DNA from: Trueperaceae bacterium
GTDB taxonomy: Bacteria > Deinococcota > Deinococci > Deinococcales > Trueperaceae
Length of the DNA: 36,301 bases
Reading direction: 5' to 3'
NCBI GenBank assembly: GCA_035703635.1
Contig: DASSXV010000003.1
Location: 1 to 36,301 of the forward strand
Shown: positions 1-9,248 of the stretch, one piece after another
How the letters are laid out: every line of letters starts with the position of its first letter
How positions within the stretch are numbered: position 1 is the first letter of the stretch
Position numbers and translations under genes: made by a program
The notes under the pieces: model-generated
The model's database searches: none
What the model was told of the DNA's origin: nothing
The model's input: only the letters and a program-made list of their open reading frames with translations

Positions 1-549
1 CACTTGCAGGCGTGGGGCGTGCCTTACGACCTAGACCCGGCCATAGTGCGGGGGCTCGACTACTACCGCCGCACGGCGTTCGAGGTCCACTATCACGGTA
101 TCGGCGCACAGTCGGCGCTCGGTGGTGGGGGTCGCTACGACGGGCTGAGCGAGCAACTAGGCGGTCCCGCCGTGCCGGGTATCGGTTGGGCGTTCGGCGT
201 GGAGCGCGTACTCGACGCGTTGCAGCAGGAGGCGAACCAGGTGGCCAGCGAACGGGCGGGCCCCGCCCTGTTCGTCGTCGCGCTCGACGACGAGGCGGTC
301 GCCGAGGCCTCCTCCCTCGCCGTGCAGTTGCGGAGGCAGGGCATGTGGGTCGAGTTCGCGTACCAGCGCCGCAACCCGGGCAAGGGCCTGCGCGACGCCG
401 ACCGCAGCAGGGCGCGCTTCGCGGCCCTACGCGGCGCAGAGGAGCGGGGCCGCGGCGCGTGGCAACTCAAAGACCTGGCAAGCGGTGAGCAGCTGGAAGT
501 CGCCGAGGAGCGGTTGGGCAGCGTCCTTGCCGAGCGCCTCGCATCTTGA
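1..549 (+). CDS. hisS: Histidine--tRNA ligase, C-terminal part (starts upstream of window)
   Basis: [16 protein letters not shown] and [11 protein letters not shown] motifs followed by an anticodon-binding domain; frame open from base 1 to TGA at 547-549. Confidence 0.96.
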   Translation, partial: HLQAWGVPYDLDPAIVRGLDYYRRTAFEVHYHGIGAQSALGGGGRYDGLSEQLGGPAVPGIGWAFGVERVLDALQQEANQVASERAGPALFVVALDDEAVAEASSLAVQLRRQGMWVEFAYQRRNPGKGLRDADRSRARFAALRGAEERGRGAWQLKDLASGEQLEVAEERLGSVLAERLAS

Positions 550-562
550 AAGGCGCGTGAGC

Positions 563-2344
563 ATGAAGCGAAGCCACACCTGCGGTGCCTTGAGGGCGAC
601 CGACGCGGGAAGCGAAGTAACGCTGCAAGGCTGGGTCAACCGCCGCCGCGACCTTGGCGGACTCGTCTTCCTCGACCTCCGGGACCGCTACGGCCTCACG
701 CAGGTCGTCGTGGAGCCAGATGACGCCAGCGCCTTCGCTGCCGTGCAGGACGTGCGTAGCGAGTTCGTCGTCGAAGTCGTCGGCACCGTAAGGGAGCGCC
801 CAGCGGCTCAGCGCAACGCGCGCATGGCGACGGGCGCCGTCGAAGTCGTGGCGCGCAACGTCACCGTCCTCTCCCTCGCCCGCACCCCGCCGTTCGTCAT
901 CGACGGCAGCGCCGCAGACGGCGAGGTCAACGAGGAGCTGCGCCTCAAGTACCGCTACCTCGACCTGCGCCGGCCAACCGTCCTGGCACCGATCCTCCTG
1001 CGCCACCGCGTAACGAAGGCCATCTGGGAGTTCCTCGACGACCGCGACTTCGTGCAAGTCGAGACTCCTCTGCTCACCCTCTCCACTCCAGAGGGGGCGC
1101 GCGACTTCGTCGTGCCAGCGCGGCAGAAGCCGGGCAGTTTCTACGCTCTGCCGCAGTCGCCGCAGCTCTTCAAGCAGATGCTGATGATGGCTGGCGTCGA
1201 CCGCTACTTCCAGGTGGCGCGCTGCTTCCGAGACGAGGACCTGCGCGCCGATAGGCAACCCGACTTCACGCAACTCGACATCGAGATGTCGTTCGTGGAC
1301 GAAGACGACCTCATGACCCTCAACGAGCAGTTGATGGCGCACGTCGTGCGCGCGGCGACCGGCGCCGAGATCGTCACGCCGTTCCCGCGCCTGTCCTACC
1401 AGGCGGCCATGGACCGCTACGGCTCGGACAAGCCGGACGTGCGCTTCGCCTTCGAACTGCATGACGTCACTGCCGCCCTGGCCGGGAGCAGCTTCAGGGG
1501 CTTCGAGGCGGCCAGCCAGCAGGGCGGCGCCGCGAAGGCCCTCGTGGTGCCAGCGCGCGACGCTGCGCCGCTAACGCGCAAGGCGCTTGCCGAACTCGAG
1601 GAGCACGCCAAGGTCTTCGGCGCCCGCGGCTTGGCGTGGCTCAAACGCGGCCCTGACGGGTTCACTGGGCCCGTCGCGAAGTTCTTGGCGCCAGCGGAAG
1701 CCGAGGCGCTTGGGGCGTTGGCGCCCAACGACGGCGACACCCTGCTACTAGTCTCTGGAGAGTGGAAGACGGCGTGCACGGCTCTCGGCGCCGTCCGCTT
1801 GCGCCTGCCCGAACTGTTGGGGCTCGAGCAGGACAGCCGCGCCCTCGCCTTCCTCTGGGTCGTCGACTTCCCGCTCCTCGAGCAAGACGCGGAGACGGGC
1901 GCCTGGACTTACATGCACCACCCGTTCACGCGCCCGCAGGAGGCAGACATGGAGCGCATGGAGTCAGACCCTGGCAGCGTCAAGGCCCACGCGTACGACC
2001 TCGTCCTGAACGGCTCCGAGGTCGGCGGCGGCAGCTTGCGCATCCACCGCCTCGACGTGCAAGAGCGCATGTTCACCGCGCTCGGCTTCACACCAGAGGA
2101 AGCGGAGAGCCGCTTCGGGTTCTTCCTCGAGGCCCTCGCGCACGGCGCCCCGCCCCACGGCGGCATCGCGTGGGGCCTCGACCGCCTCGTCATGCTGCTA
2201 GCCGGCACCGGCAGCATCCGCGACACCATCGCGTTCCCAAAGAACCAGCGCGGCGCGGACCCGCTCACCGGCGCGCCGGGACGGCTAGACGACAAGCAGC
2301 TCGCCGAGCTCGGCCTCAGCGTCGCCCGAAGCAGCCAGGCATGA
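563..2344 (+). CDS. aspS: Aspartate--tRNA ligase (bacterial type, probably discriminating)
   Basis: MKRSHTCG start at ATG 563 (the ORF-track start 485 overlaps hisS); RRRDLGG, LRLKYRYLDLR, FYALPQSPQLFKQ, FRDEDLRADRQPDFTQLD, GAPPHGGIAWGLDR. Confidence 0.97.
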   Translation: MKRSHTCGALRATDAGSEVTLQGWVNRRRDLGGLVFLDLRDRYGLTQVVVEPDDASAFAAVQDVRSEFVVEVVGTVRERPAAQRNARMATGAVEVVARNVTVLSLARTPPFVIDGSAADGEVNEELRLKYRYLDLRRPTVLAPILLRHRVTKAIWEFLDDRDFVQVETPLLTLSTPEGARDFVVPARQKPGSFYALPQSPQLFKQMLMMAGVDRYFQVARCFRDEDLRADRQPDFTQLDIEMSFVDEDDLMTLNEQLMAHVVRAATGAEIVTPFPRLSYQAAMDRYGSDKPDVRFAFELHDVTAALAGSSFRGFEAASQQGGAAKALVVPARDAAPLTRKALAELEEHAKVFGARGLAWLKRGPDGFTGPVAKFLAPAEAEALGALAPNDGDTLLLVSGEWKTACTALGAVRLRLPELLGLEQDSRALAFLWVVDFPLLEQDAETGAWTYMHHPFTRPQEADMERMESDPGSVKAHAYDLVLNGSEVGGGSLRIHRLDVQERMFTALGFTPEEAESRFGFFLEALAHGAPPHGGIAWGLDRLVMLLAGTGSIRDTIAFPKNQRGADPLTGAPGRLDDKQLAELGLSVARSSQA

Positions 2345-3165
2345 TCCCGCTAGTCGTGCTCGATCTTGACGGCACGATCATAGGCTCGAGCGGCCTGGTG
2401 CAGGAGTGCATCTGGGAGGCGGCTGAACGGGCGCGCAACGCGGGCGTGAAACTGGCGGTCTGCACCGGTCGCCCCGGCTTCGGGGTCGCGCAGCGCGTGG
2501 CGCAACGCTTGGGGCCGGATAACCCGCACGTGTTCCAAAGCGGCGCGTACCTCGGCTACCCAGACGGCCGCACCATCAAGGCGGTCGCGCTCAAGGACGA
2601 CGACCTTCAGACCATCATCGACCTGTCGCGGCAACGGGGCGCCGTGCTCGAGCTGTACACGCCGAGCTCCTTGTACGTCGAACGCACGACGGACCTGAGC
2701 GAAGCGCACGCGAACATGATCGGCGTAACCGCCATCGTCAGGGACCTAGAGGACGTGGCCGCCAACGAACCCGTCGTACGCGCGCAGTGGGTCGTGCCTG
2801 AGGGCAAGGCAGAGGCCATCGGCGACCTCGCGCCTGCCGGGGTGACGCTTGCGTACGCGAACAGCCCGGCGTTGAGCGGCATCACCTTCATCTCCATCAC
2901 GCGCGCTGGCGTCTCCAAGGCCTCAGCCATCAAGCAGCTTGCTGAGCAGATGCGCATTCCGCTAGCGAACGTCATGGCGGTGGGCGACAGCCACGGCGAC
3001 CTGCCGATGCTCGAGGTGGTCGGGCACCCGCGCGTGGTTGCCAACGCCTCCCCCGAGCTCCTAGAGCGCTACGCTTCTGTCGGCGACGTCGAGGCGTGCG
3101 GCGCCGTCGAAGCGCTCGAGGAGGCCATTGGCGGCCATAGCGGCTTGTTACACTCACCCTCATGA
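2341..3165 (+). CDS. Cof-type HAD-IIB hydrolase
   Basis: ATG 2341 overlaps the aspS stop (ATGA); motifs [26 protein letters not shown]. Confidence 0.9.
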   Translation: MIPLVVLDLDGTIIGSSGLVQECIWEAAERARNAGVKLAVCTGRPGFGVAQRVAQRLGPDNPHVFQSGAYLGYPDGRTIKAVALKDDDLQTIIDLSRQRGAVLELYTPSSLYVERTTDLSEAHANMIGVTAIVRDLEDVAANEPVVRAQWVVPEGKAEAIGDLAPAGVTLAYANSPALSGITFISITRAGVSKASAIKQLAEQMRIPLANVMAVGDSHGDLPMLEVVGHPRVVANASPELLERYASVGDVEACGAVEALEEAIGGHSGLLHSPS

Positions 3166-4460
3166 AGATCGTCTCCATCAATGCCTTGCCGCTTCACGTC
3201 GGCGAGCGCGTTCAGCTCAACGGTTGGCTAACTGGCATCAGGTCGAGCGGCAAGATCGCGTTCCTGCAGTTGCGCGACGGCAGCGGCTTCGTTCAGGGCG
3301 TACTGGCGCGCAACGAGGTCGACGAGGCGACGTTCGACTTGGCGCGCTCGCTCCCGCAGGAGGCGGCCGTCGCCGTCGTAGGCGAGGTGCGCGCAGACGC
3401 GCGGGCGCAGAACGGCGTCGAGCTCGGTTTGAGTGCCGTCAACCTCATCGGCCCTAGCGGCGACTACCCGATCACGCCGAAGGAACACGGCGTCGACTTC
3501 CTCTTCGACCACCGCCACCTCTACCTGCGCCACAAGGCGCCGTGGGCCATCATGCGCATCCGCGACGAAGTGGAGCGCGGCGTGCACGACTTCTTCGGCG
3601 ACCGCGGCTTCGTGCGCTTCGACGCGCCGTTCTTCATGCCCACCGCCGTCGAGGGAACGACGAACCTCTTCGAGATCTCGCTCTTCGAGGAGGAGCACGC
3701 CTACCTCTCGCAGTCAGGTCAGCTCTACGCGGAGGCGGGCGCGATGGCCCTCGGCAAGGTCTACTCCTTCGGGCCGACGTTCCGGGCAGAGAAGAGCAAG
3801 ACGCGCCGTCACCTCCTGGAGTTCTGGATGATCGAGCCGGAAGTGGCGTTCCTCGAGCACGAGGGCAACATGCAGCTCCAGGAGGACATGGTCGCGTACC
3901 TCGTCGGGCGCGTGCTCGAGGAGCGCAGCGCCGAGCTAGCCATTCTCGGCCGCGACGTTAGCAAGCTCGAGCCAAGCGCTAGCGGGTCGTTCCCGCGCAT
4001 CACTTACGACGACGCCATCGCGTACCTCAACAGCAAGGGTGAGTCGCTGACCTTCGGTGACGACTTCGGCGCGCCGCACGAGACGCTACTCGGCGAGCGC
4101 TATGACCGCCCCGTGTTCGTCGAGAAGTGGCCGACGGCCGCCAAGGCGTTCTACATGGAGCCCGTGCCAGGCGACCCCACGAGGGTGCTAGCGTCCGACC
4201 TCATCGGGCCGGAGGGTTACGGCGAGCTGATCGGGGGCTCGCAGCGCATCCATGACCTCGCCCTCTTGCAGCAGCGCATCGCGGAGCACAACCTGCCTAG
4301 CGAGGCGTTCGAGTGGTACCTCGACTTGAGGCGGTACGGCAGCGTGCCGCACTCCGGTTACGGCATGGGCTTCGAGCGCTTCCTTGCCTGGCTGACCGGT
4401 GCGCACCACCTGCGCGAGGTGATCCCGTTCCCGCGCATGCTCACGCGCATGTACCCGTAG
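3162..4460 (+). CDS. asnS: Asparagine--tRNA ligase
   Basis: [81 protein letters not shown] overlap with the HAD gene. Confidence 0.96.
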   Translation: MKIVSINALPLHVGERVQLNGWLTGIRSSGKIAFLQLRDGSGFVQGVLARNEVDEATFDLARSLPQEAAVAVVGEVRADARAQNGVELGLSAVNLIGPSGDYPITPKEHGVDFLFDHRHLYLRHKAPWAIMRIRDEVERGVHDFFGDRGFVRFDAPFFMPTAVEGTTNLFEISLFEEEHAYLSQSGQLYAEAGAMALGKVYSFGPTFRAEKSKTRRHLLEFWMIEPEVAFLEHEGNMQLQEDMVAYLVGRVLEERSAELAILGRDVSKLEPSASGSFPRITYDDAIAYLNSKGESLTFGDDFGAPHETLLGERYDRPVFVEKWPTAAKAFYMEPVPGDPTRVLASDLIGPEGYGELIGGSQRIHDLALLQQRIAEHNLPSEAFEWYLDLRRYGSVPHSGYGMGFERFLAWLTGAHHLREVIPFPRMLTRMYP

Positions 4461-4462
4461 GC

Positions 4463-5017
4463 TTACAGGCTGGCAGGCACGGCGACGTGGTCTAGCAACG
4501 TGGTGGTCGGTTGACCGTCACGCAAGTACCTGACCCGCTCAGCCCCGTTGGCCTCCGCCGTCGCCGTCAGCGAGCGCAGCATGGCCAGTTCTTGCCCCAC
4601 GCTCACACCAACCGGCTGCGGGACGAGCATGTCGATGACGGCCACGCGCTGGCGTTCGAGCGTGTCGACGAAGACGCGCGGGGCAGGCAGGTCGCTTGGC
4701 CACACTCCCACCTGCACCAACTCGGCCCGCAGGGCGCCGAGCACCACTGACAGTCTCTGGGAGGCGCCTTCCGGCACGGCAACGCGCACCGTCCGTGAAC
4801 GCTCGAGCCCGCTCTCATCGACGATGACGAGTCGCACCTCCTGCTCCGGCAGTGGCGGGTTGGCGCGGTCGATGGCGATGCTTGGTTCTTGCTCTGGCCG
4901 CCACGCCGGTGAGCGCAACTGCGACAGCGCCGCCACCAACAGCAGGCAGGCGACGAGGACTTGCGGTGTAGCTACGGCTCGCAGTAGCCGCCTCCAGGCG
5001 GCCGCTGGCTGCTTCAT
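4463..5017 (-). CDS. Single-pass membrane protein with GerMN-like domain
   Basis: N-terminal hydrophobic helix (VLVACLLLVAALS); C-terminal pattern AVIDM...ELAMLRSLTATA...VRYLRDGQPTTTL.HV resembles GerMN (sporulation/germination) domains. Confidence 0.65.
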   Translation of the reverse strand: MKQPAAAWRRLLRAVATPQVLVACLLLVAALSQLRSPAWRPEQEPSIAIDRANPPLPEQEVRLVIVDESGLERSRTVRVAVPEGASQRLSVVLGALRAELVQVGVWPSDLPAPRVFVDTLERQRVAVIDMLVPQPVGVSVGQELAMLRSLTATAEANGAERVRYLRDGQPTTTLLDHVAVPASL

Positions 5018-5027
5018 CGTCGCGGCT

Positions 5028-6434
5028 TCACTGCTGGGTGCCGATCGTGCCGTCGCGCACGAGCTGGTCCACGGCCTCGGCGAGGCGGTCAGCTAGGCCG
5101 TCGGACGCGAGGTCGGCTGGCGAGAACTCGAACAGCACGCCGCGCCCAGCGGCCCCGCCGAGCACCTGGATGGGTGCGCTCGTCAGCCCCTCAGCGCGGT
5201 AGCCGCCGATGGCGAACAACCTGCCGGCCAACGCCTCCGCGACGCGCCTGCCGACATCCAGGTCCGGCACGAGGCCAAGGAGCAACTGACGCCTTAGGGA
5301 GTCTGTTTCACCGTTGCGCACGGCTTGTGCGGCGTTCTCGCGCACGGCGAGCTCGAGCGAGGTGACGTTGCTCGCGTCCCCGAGGTAGTAGGCGCGGTAC
5401 TCGCCGACGGCCAGTTCGGCAGCGTGGAGGCTGAGGAACAAGTCGGCACTAGCGCCGGTGCGTGAGCGCTCCGGCACGGGGACGGGGCTATCCGAGCGGC
5501 GCGTCAGCTCGACGTGCATCCCGCGCCCTTCTAGGGCGTTGGCTAGGCGCTCGGCGAACGCCAAGGTCAGCGCGGCCTCGCTGCCTAACCCGCCGGCGAC
5601 TACGCCCGCGTCGGCTCCGCCATGGCCCGGGTCGAGGACCACCGTCACCTTCTTCTCGGCCTGCTCAGCTCCCGCGGCTCCGAACGATAGGTTCAGCCGG
5701 AAGCCGCGCCCTTCAGGCACGGCGTAGACGCGGTAGCTGCTGCCCGGCCTTAGCTGCACGCGCACTTCGCTTGCACCGCCGCTCGCAGACGCGTTCGCCG
5801 CCATGAAGCTGGCGCCGTCGAGCGGCGCCAACCGCGTCTCGATGTCCGTGCGGTCGAGGTAGACGTGCAGGGTCGACAGCGGTTCGTTGTAGTAGGTCGA
5901 GTAGCGCACCGGCGCGCTCAGCGTTAGCTCAAGCCGTTCGCCGCCGCCTTCTTGCAGGCGCATGCCCGTCAGGCGCGCGCGGGGTTGCACGACCATGACG
6001 GTGTCTTCGTTCGACAAGTAGGTGACGCTCGCACCCAAGGCCTCCGCTACCGGCTTGACCGGCACGAAGACCTCGCCGTTGACGCGCACCGCCGGCCCGC
6101 CGCCCACCGGGCGACCGTCGAGCCAGACGGAGTCGGCAGGCGCGTTCGCGCCCAGCTCGATGAGGACGAGCTGCAACACGCGGCCGCCTGCCTGCAAGGT
6201 GACGAGGTTGCGACCGGAGTCGCCCGTCAGGTCGGCGCCAAGGGCCTGCGCGAGGGCGGAGCCAGGCGCGTAGCTAGTCCCGCCGATCAACGAGGTCGTG
6301 TTGCCAGCGATCTCGCGGCCGTTGACGAGGAGGCGCGGTTCGGCACCGGCGACCGCCACTAACGTCAACGCCAGCAGTGCCAGCAGTGGCCGGATGCCCC
6401 GCAGCCACGCAGCAACGGGAGGCCAGGCGTTCAC
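5028..6434 (-). CDS. Secreted N-acetylmuramoyl-L-alanine amidase (Amidase_3) with N-terminal stalk (Cu-amine-oxidase-N-like) repeats and an AMIN-like region
   Basis: Signal peptide; repeats ALAQALGADL / FVPVKPVAEALGASV; VVLDPGHGG, SEAALTL, LTR, FLSLHA and VLFE retain the H-E-H Zn ligands and the catalytic Glu. Confidence 0.85.
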   Translation of the reverse strand: MNAWPPVAAWLRGIRPLLALLALTLVAVAGAEPRLLVNGREIAGNTTSLIGGTSYAPGSALAQALGADLTGDSGRNLVTLQAGGRVLQLVLIELGANAPADSVWLDGRPVGGGPAVRVNGEVFVPVKPVAEALGASVTYLSNEDTVMVVQPRARLTGMRLQEGGGERLELTLSAPVRYSTYYNEPLSTLHVYLDRTDIETRLAPLDGASFMAANASASGGASEVRVQLRPGSSYRVYAVPEGRGFRLNLSFGAAGAEQAEKKVTVVLDPGHGGADAGVVAGGLGSEAALTLAFAERLANALEGRGMHVELTRRSDSPVPVPERSRTGASADLFLSLHAAELAVGEYRAYYLGDASNVTSLELAVRENAAQAVRNGETDSLRRQLLLGLVPDLDVGRRVAEALAGRLFAIGGYRAEGLTSAPIQVLGGAAGRGVLFEFSPADLASDGLADRLAEAVDQLVRDGTIGTQQ

Positions 6435-6874
6435 TTGCGCCGCCCGCGCGCCAACTCGCGGTCCATCTCGCGCTGCGCGTCCTTCTTGGCGGCGTCGCTG
6501 CGCTTGTCGTGAACCTTCTTGCCGCGCGCCAAGGCCACTTCAAGCTTGGCCCAGCCGTCCTTGAAATAGAGCCTGAGGGGGATCAGGGTGAGGCCGCGGC
6601 GCTCGAGCCCGCGCGAGATCTCGACGATCTCGCTGGCGTTGAGGAGCAGGCGCCTGCGGCGCGTTGGTTCGTGGTTGTTGTAGCTCGCCTGTTCGTAGAT
6701 TGGGATGTTCATGCCTTCGACGAACACTTGCCCGCCTGCGACGCGTGCGTAGGCCTCGGCTATCGAGCCGCCGCCGTGGCGTAACGATTTGACCTCGCTG
6801 CCGGTCAGTTCGATGCCGGCCTCGAAGGATTCGAGTAGTTCGTAGTCGTGAGATGCGCGTCTGTTGCGGAGCAT
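6431..6874 (-). CDS. smpB: SsrA-binding protein
   Basis: NRRASHDYELLESFEAGIELTGSEVKSLR, NHEPTRRRRLLL, GKKVHDKR; start placed at ATG 6874 (the ORF-track start overlaps priA). Confidence 0.96.
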   Translation of the reverse strand: MLRNRRASHDYELLESFEAGIELTGSEVKSLRHGGGSIAEAYARVAGGQVFVEGMNIPIYEQASYNNHEPTRRRRLLLNASEIVEISRGLERRGLTLIPLRLYFKDGWAKLEVALARGKKVHDKRSDAAKKDAQREMDRELARGRRK

Positions 6875-6891
6875 GGCGGTTACCGGGCGCC

Positions 6892-6897
6892 ATCTTA
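6892..6897 (-). promoter_or_regulatory. Candidate -10 element (TAAGAT) for smpB
   Basis: TANNNT hexamer in the 46-bp priA-smpB gap, 17 nt before the ATG; no Shine-Dalgarno visible. Confidence 0.4.
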
Positions 6898-6920
6898 TCC
6901 GGCGGGGACATGAGGGCGGC

Positions 6921-9203
6921 TCATTCCAACAACGCGCCGACGTCGCGCGGGTCGACGTCGACCGCCAACTTGGCACCCGCGTAGCGTTGAGGTACGAGAG
7001 CTAGGAGGCTCTCGAGCCGCACCTCGTCTCCTGCACGCAGGAGGAGTTGGAAGAGGAACTGGCCCTTTATGCGCTCGATGGGCGCGCTCGCTGGCCCCAT
7101 GACTTCCTCTGGCTGAGCCCCGCCGGTGGCCAATGCGTCCGCCGCGTGTTGGGCTGCCCCGAGGGCGCTGCCACGATCGCGGGCGGAGAACTGCAGTTTC
7201 GCGAGGCTCGCGAACGGCGGGTAACCGAAACGCTTCCGTCGCGCGAGTTGCTGCTCGACCTGCGCGTGCAGGGCCGCTGCCTGGTCCTCTGCCGAGAGCG
7301 CGGCGAGGACGCCGTTCTCAGGCGCATAGGTCTGGACGAGCATGAGCGGCGGCCTGGTGGCGCTCAGTTCGGTGAGGCGCAAGAGGGTACGGGTAGCTTC
7401 TTCTTCCGAGCGGAAGTCGGCGGCGGCTAAGTGAGTGTCGAAGTGCGTTACGGCCACGAGCGCCAAGTCTGGTAGCGGCGGCAGCCCGAGGAGGGCGAGG
7501 GTGCCAACGATCACGCCTGGCGCCCCCTCGACCATGGCCCTCACGTCGTCTCTCTGGTCGCGGTCGTAGCGGTACACGGGGAAGCCACCGAGGCTGCCGC
7601 GGAGCTGAGACGCCACCCACTGGGTTCCCGCCCCACGCAGCGGACCGACGTTCGTGCCGCCGCACGCCGGGCAGCGCTCAGGCGGCCGCTCCTCGTGCCC
7701 GCACTGGTGGCAGCGCAGCTTGGCCTCGTCCTTGTGATAGCGCAGAGTGAGGTCGCAGTTCGGGCACGGCGCCTGCCAGCCGCACTCCTGGCAACCGAGC
7801 GAGCCAGAGTAGCCGCGGCGCGGCGCCAAGATCAGCGCCTGCCTCTCCCGCTCCACCACTTGCCTAAGCGTGCGCGTCAGGTCCGGGTGAACCGGCCAGT
7901 TGCCGCCACTGCCCAGGTCGGCGACGTGCAGCCGCAGGCGCGGCAGCGGCAACTCGCGGCGGGCGTCCGCACCGACCTGCACGGCGAGGTCGGGGCTGAT
8001 GACCACGTCGAGGAGCGTCGCGGGAACGCCTGCCGCCTGGGCGAGCGTGCGCGCGGCCTTCGAGACGAGCGTGCGAGAGCCGGACTGGAGCTTGTAAGCG
8101 GAACTGGCGGCCTCGAGCAGGACAATCCGGCCGAGCCGCGGCATGGGCGCGAGCAGGGCGAGGTAGGTGCCGACCAGCACATGCGGCGCACCACCTTGCA
8201 GTTCGCTCCATAGCCGCAAGCGTTGCCTGTCGTTGGCTTCGCCCGTCAGCAGCGCGGTCGGCAGCGCCTCGCCGAGGTAGGCAGCCGCCTCGGCCGCGAC
8301 GGCGGCCTCTGGCGCCAACACGATGACGCCGTGGCCGCGCTCGATGTCGGCCCGCAACCGCGGCAGCAGCGCGGCAAGGCGCGAGCGCCGCCTGCCGCCA
8401 ACGACAGCGCCAGCGCCTGGCGGCGGCACGTACTCCGGCGGAACTTCAGCCAGCGCTGCAGGCGGGGCTTCCGGGAACGGCGGCGGTGGCTCGTCGGCGG
8501 GAACATCGAGGTACTCCACGTACCCCTTCGTCACCAACGCGCGCACGGCGCTGACGCTCACGCCCGCCTCCTCTGCCAACGCCACGGCGCTCTGCGCCTC
8601 CCCTACCTCGAGCAGGCGCTCTAGCGCGATGCGTTGCGGCAGGCGCCGCGCGCCCTCGAGCTCGTCGTCTGGCGGACGCGCCGGCACGAGCACTCGCCGC
8701 GTCTGGACGACGGGCAGTGCCCGCTCATCGACCAACCCTTGACGGCGCAGCTCCTCAAGCGCCTTGCCAGGCAGTGCGGCCGCAGCGAACCAGGCGCCGT
8801 CGGCGGCAACGGACGGCGCCTGCGCTCCTAGCGCCTCGAGGTAAGCCGCTGCACCTTCGTGAAGGCGCAGCTCGTGAGCGAGTTCCTGCTGGAGACCCGG
8901 TGGGTTGAGGGTCGCTAGCACCAACCCGGCTGGCACGCCCGAGTTCCTCGCCAGGCTCATGACCGTCTGCAGCCCACTGCTTAGCAGCCAAGGGTGGCCC
9001 TCGAGCACGTGCAAGGCGTGGCGCAGTTCCACGCCGCGGCCGGCGTCGACCAACCGCACGTCGACCACCAGGCCGAGCCGCACGCCGCCTTGCCACGGCA
9101 CTACGACCCGCTGGCCGGGGACCGGCTCGGCGCCCTGCAGTGGCGGCAGGTAGGTGAGCGGCCCTAACGGCAGCGGGAGCAACACGTCGATCGCGTGGGG
9201 CAC
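6921..9203 (-). CDS. priA: Primosomal protein N' (PriA) with degenerate helicase motifs
   Basis: N-terminal 3'-DNA-binding domain (LTY..P, GQRVVVPW); RRGYS; Cys-rich region CQEC/CPNC/CHQC/CPAC; ADFRSEE, QTYAP, GYPPF, GPASAPIERIKG, VDVDP. Confidence 0.93.
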   Translation of the reverse strand: MPHAIDVLLPLPLGPLTYLPPLQGAEPVPGQRVVVPWQGGVRLGLVVDVRLVDAGRGVELRHALHVLEGHPWLLSSGLQTVMSLARNSGVPAGLVLATLNPPGLQQELAHELRLHEGAAAYLEALGAQAPSVAADGAWFAAAALPGKALEELRRQGLVDERALPVVQTRRVLVPARPPDDELEGARRLPQRIALERLLEVGEAQSAVALAEEAGVSVSAVRALVTKGYVEYLDVPADEPPPPFPEAPPAALAEVPPEYVPPPGAGAVVGGRRRSRLAALLPRLRADIERGHGVIVLAPEAAVAAEAAAYLGEALPTALLTGEANDRQRLRLWSELQGGAPHVLVGTYLALLAPMPRLGRIVLLEAASSAYKLQSGSRTLVSKAARTLAQAAGVPATLLDVVISPDLAVQVGADARRELPLPRLRLHVADLGSGGNWPVHPDLTRTLRQVVERERQALILAPRRGYSGSLGCQECGWQAPCPNCDLTLRYHKDEAKLRCHQCGHEERPPERCPACGGTNVGPLRGAGTQWVASQLRGSLGGFPVYRYDRDQRDDVRAMVEGAPGVIVGTLALLGLPPLPDLALVAVTHFDTHLAAADFRSEEEATRTLLRLTELSATRPPLMLVQTYAPENGVLAALSAEDQAAALHAQVEQQLARRKRFGYPPFASLAKLQFSARDRGSALGAAQHAADALATGGAQPEEVMGPASAPIERIKGQFLFQLLLRAGDEVRLESLLALVPQRYAGAKLAVDVDPRDVGALLE

Positions 9204-9209
9204 TAGGCC

Positions 9210-9215
9210 AGTCTA
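9210..9215 (-). promoter_or_regulatory. -10 element (TAGACT), leaderless priA promoter
   Basis: TAGACT-ggccta-GTG on the minus strand: 6-nt spacing to the start codon, no SD. Confidence 0.7.
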
Positions 9216-9235
9216 GCCCCGCGTCGCGGCAAGGT

Positions 9236-9241
9236 TAGAAT
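9236..9241 (+). promoter_or_regulatory. -10 element (TAGAAT), leaderless purM promoter
   Basis: TAGAAT-cgcggcg-ATG: 7-nt spacing, no SD. Confidence 0.72.
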
Positions 9242-9248
9242 CGCGGCG

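Noticed and set aside
1762..2340. Long N-terminal extensions in the ORF track (HAD from 1762, NYN from 12841, ftsQ from 27112, murD from 21327)
   Set aside because: The extensions overlap upstream genes; internal starts with ATGA overlaps or promoter signals fit better
6875..6893. Out-of-frame ATG (MAP...) just upstream of smpB, suggesting a frameshift
   Set aside because: ATG 6874 already gives a full SmpB with the NRRA motif, and the upstream ATG is part of the TAAGAT box
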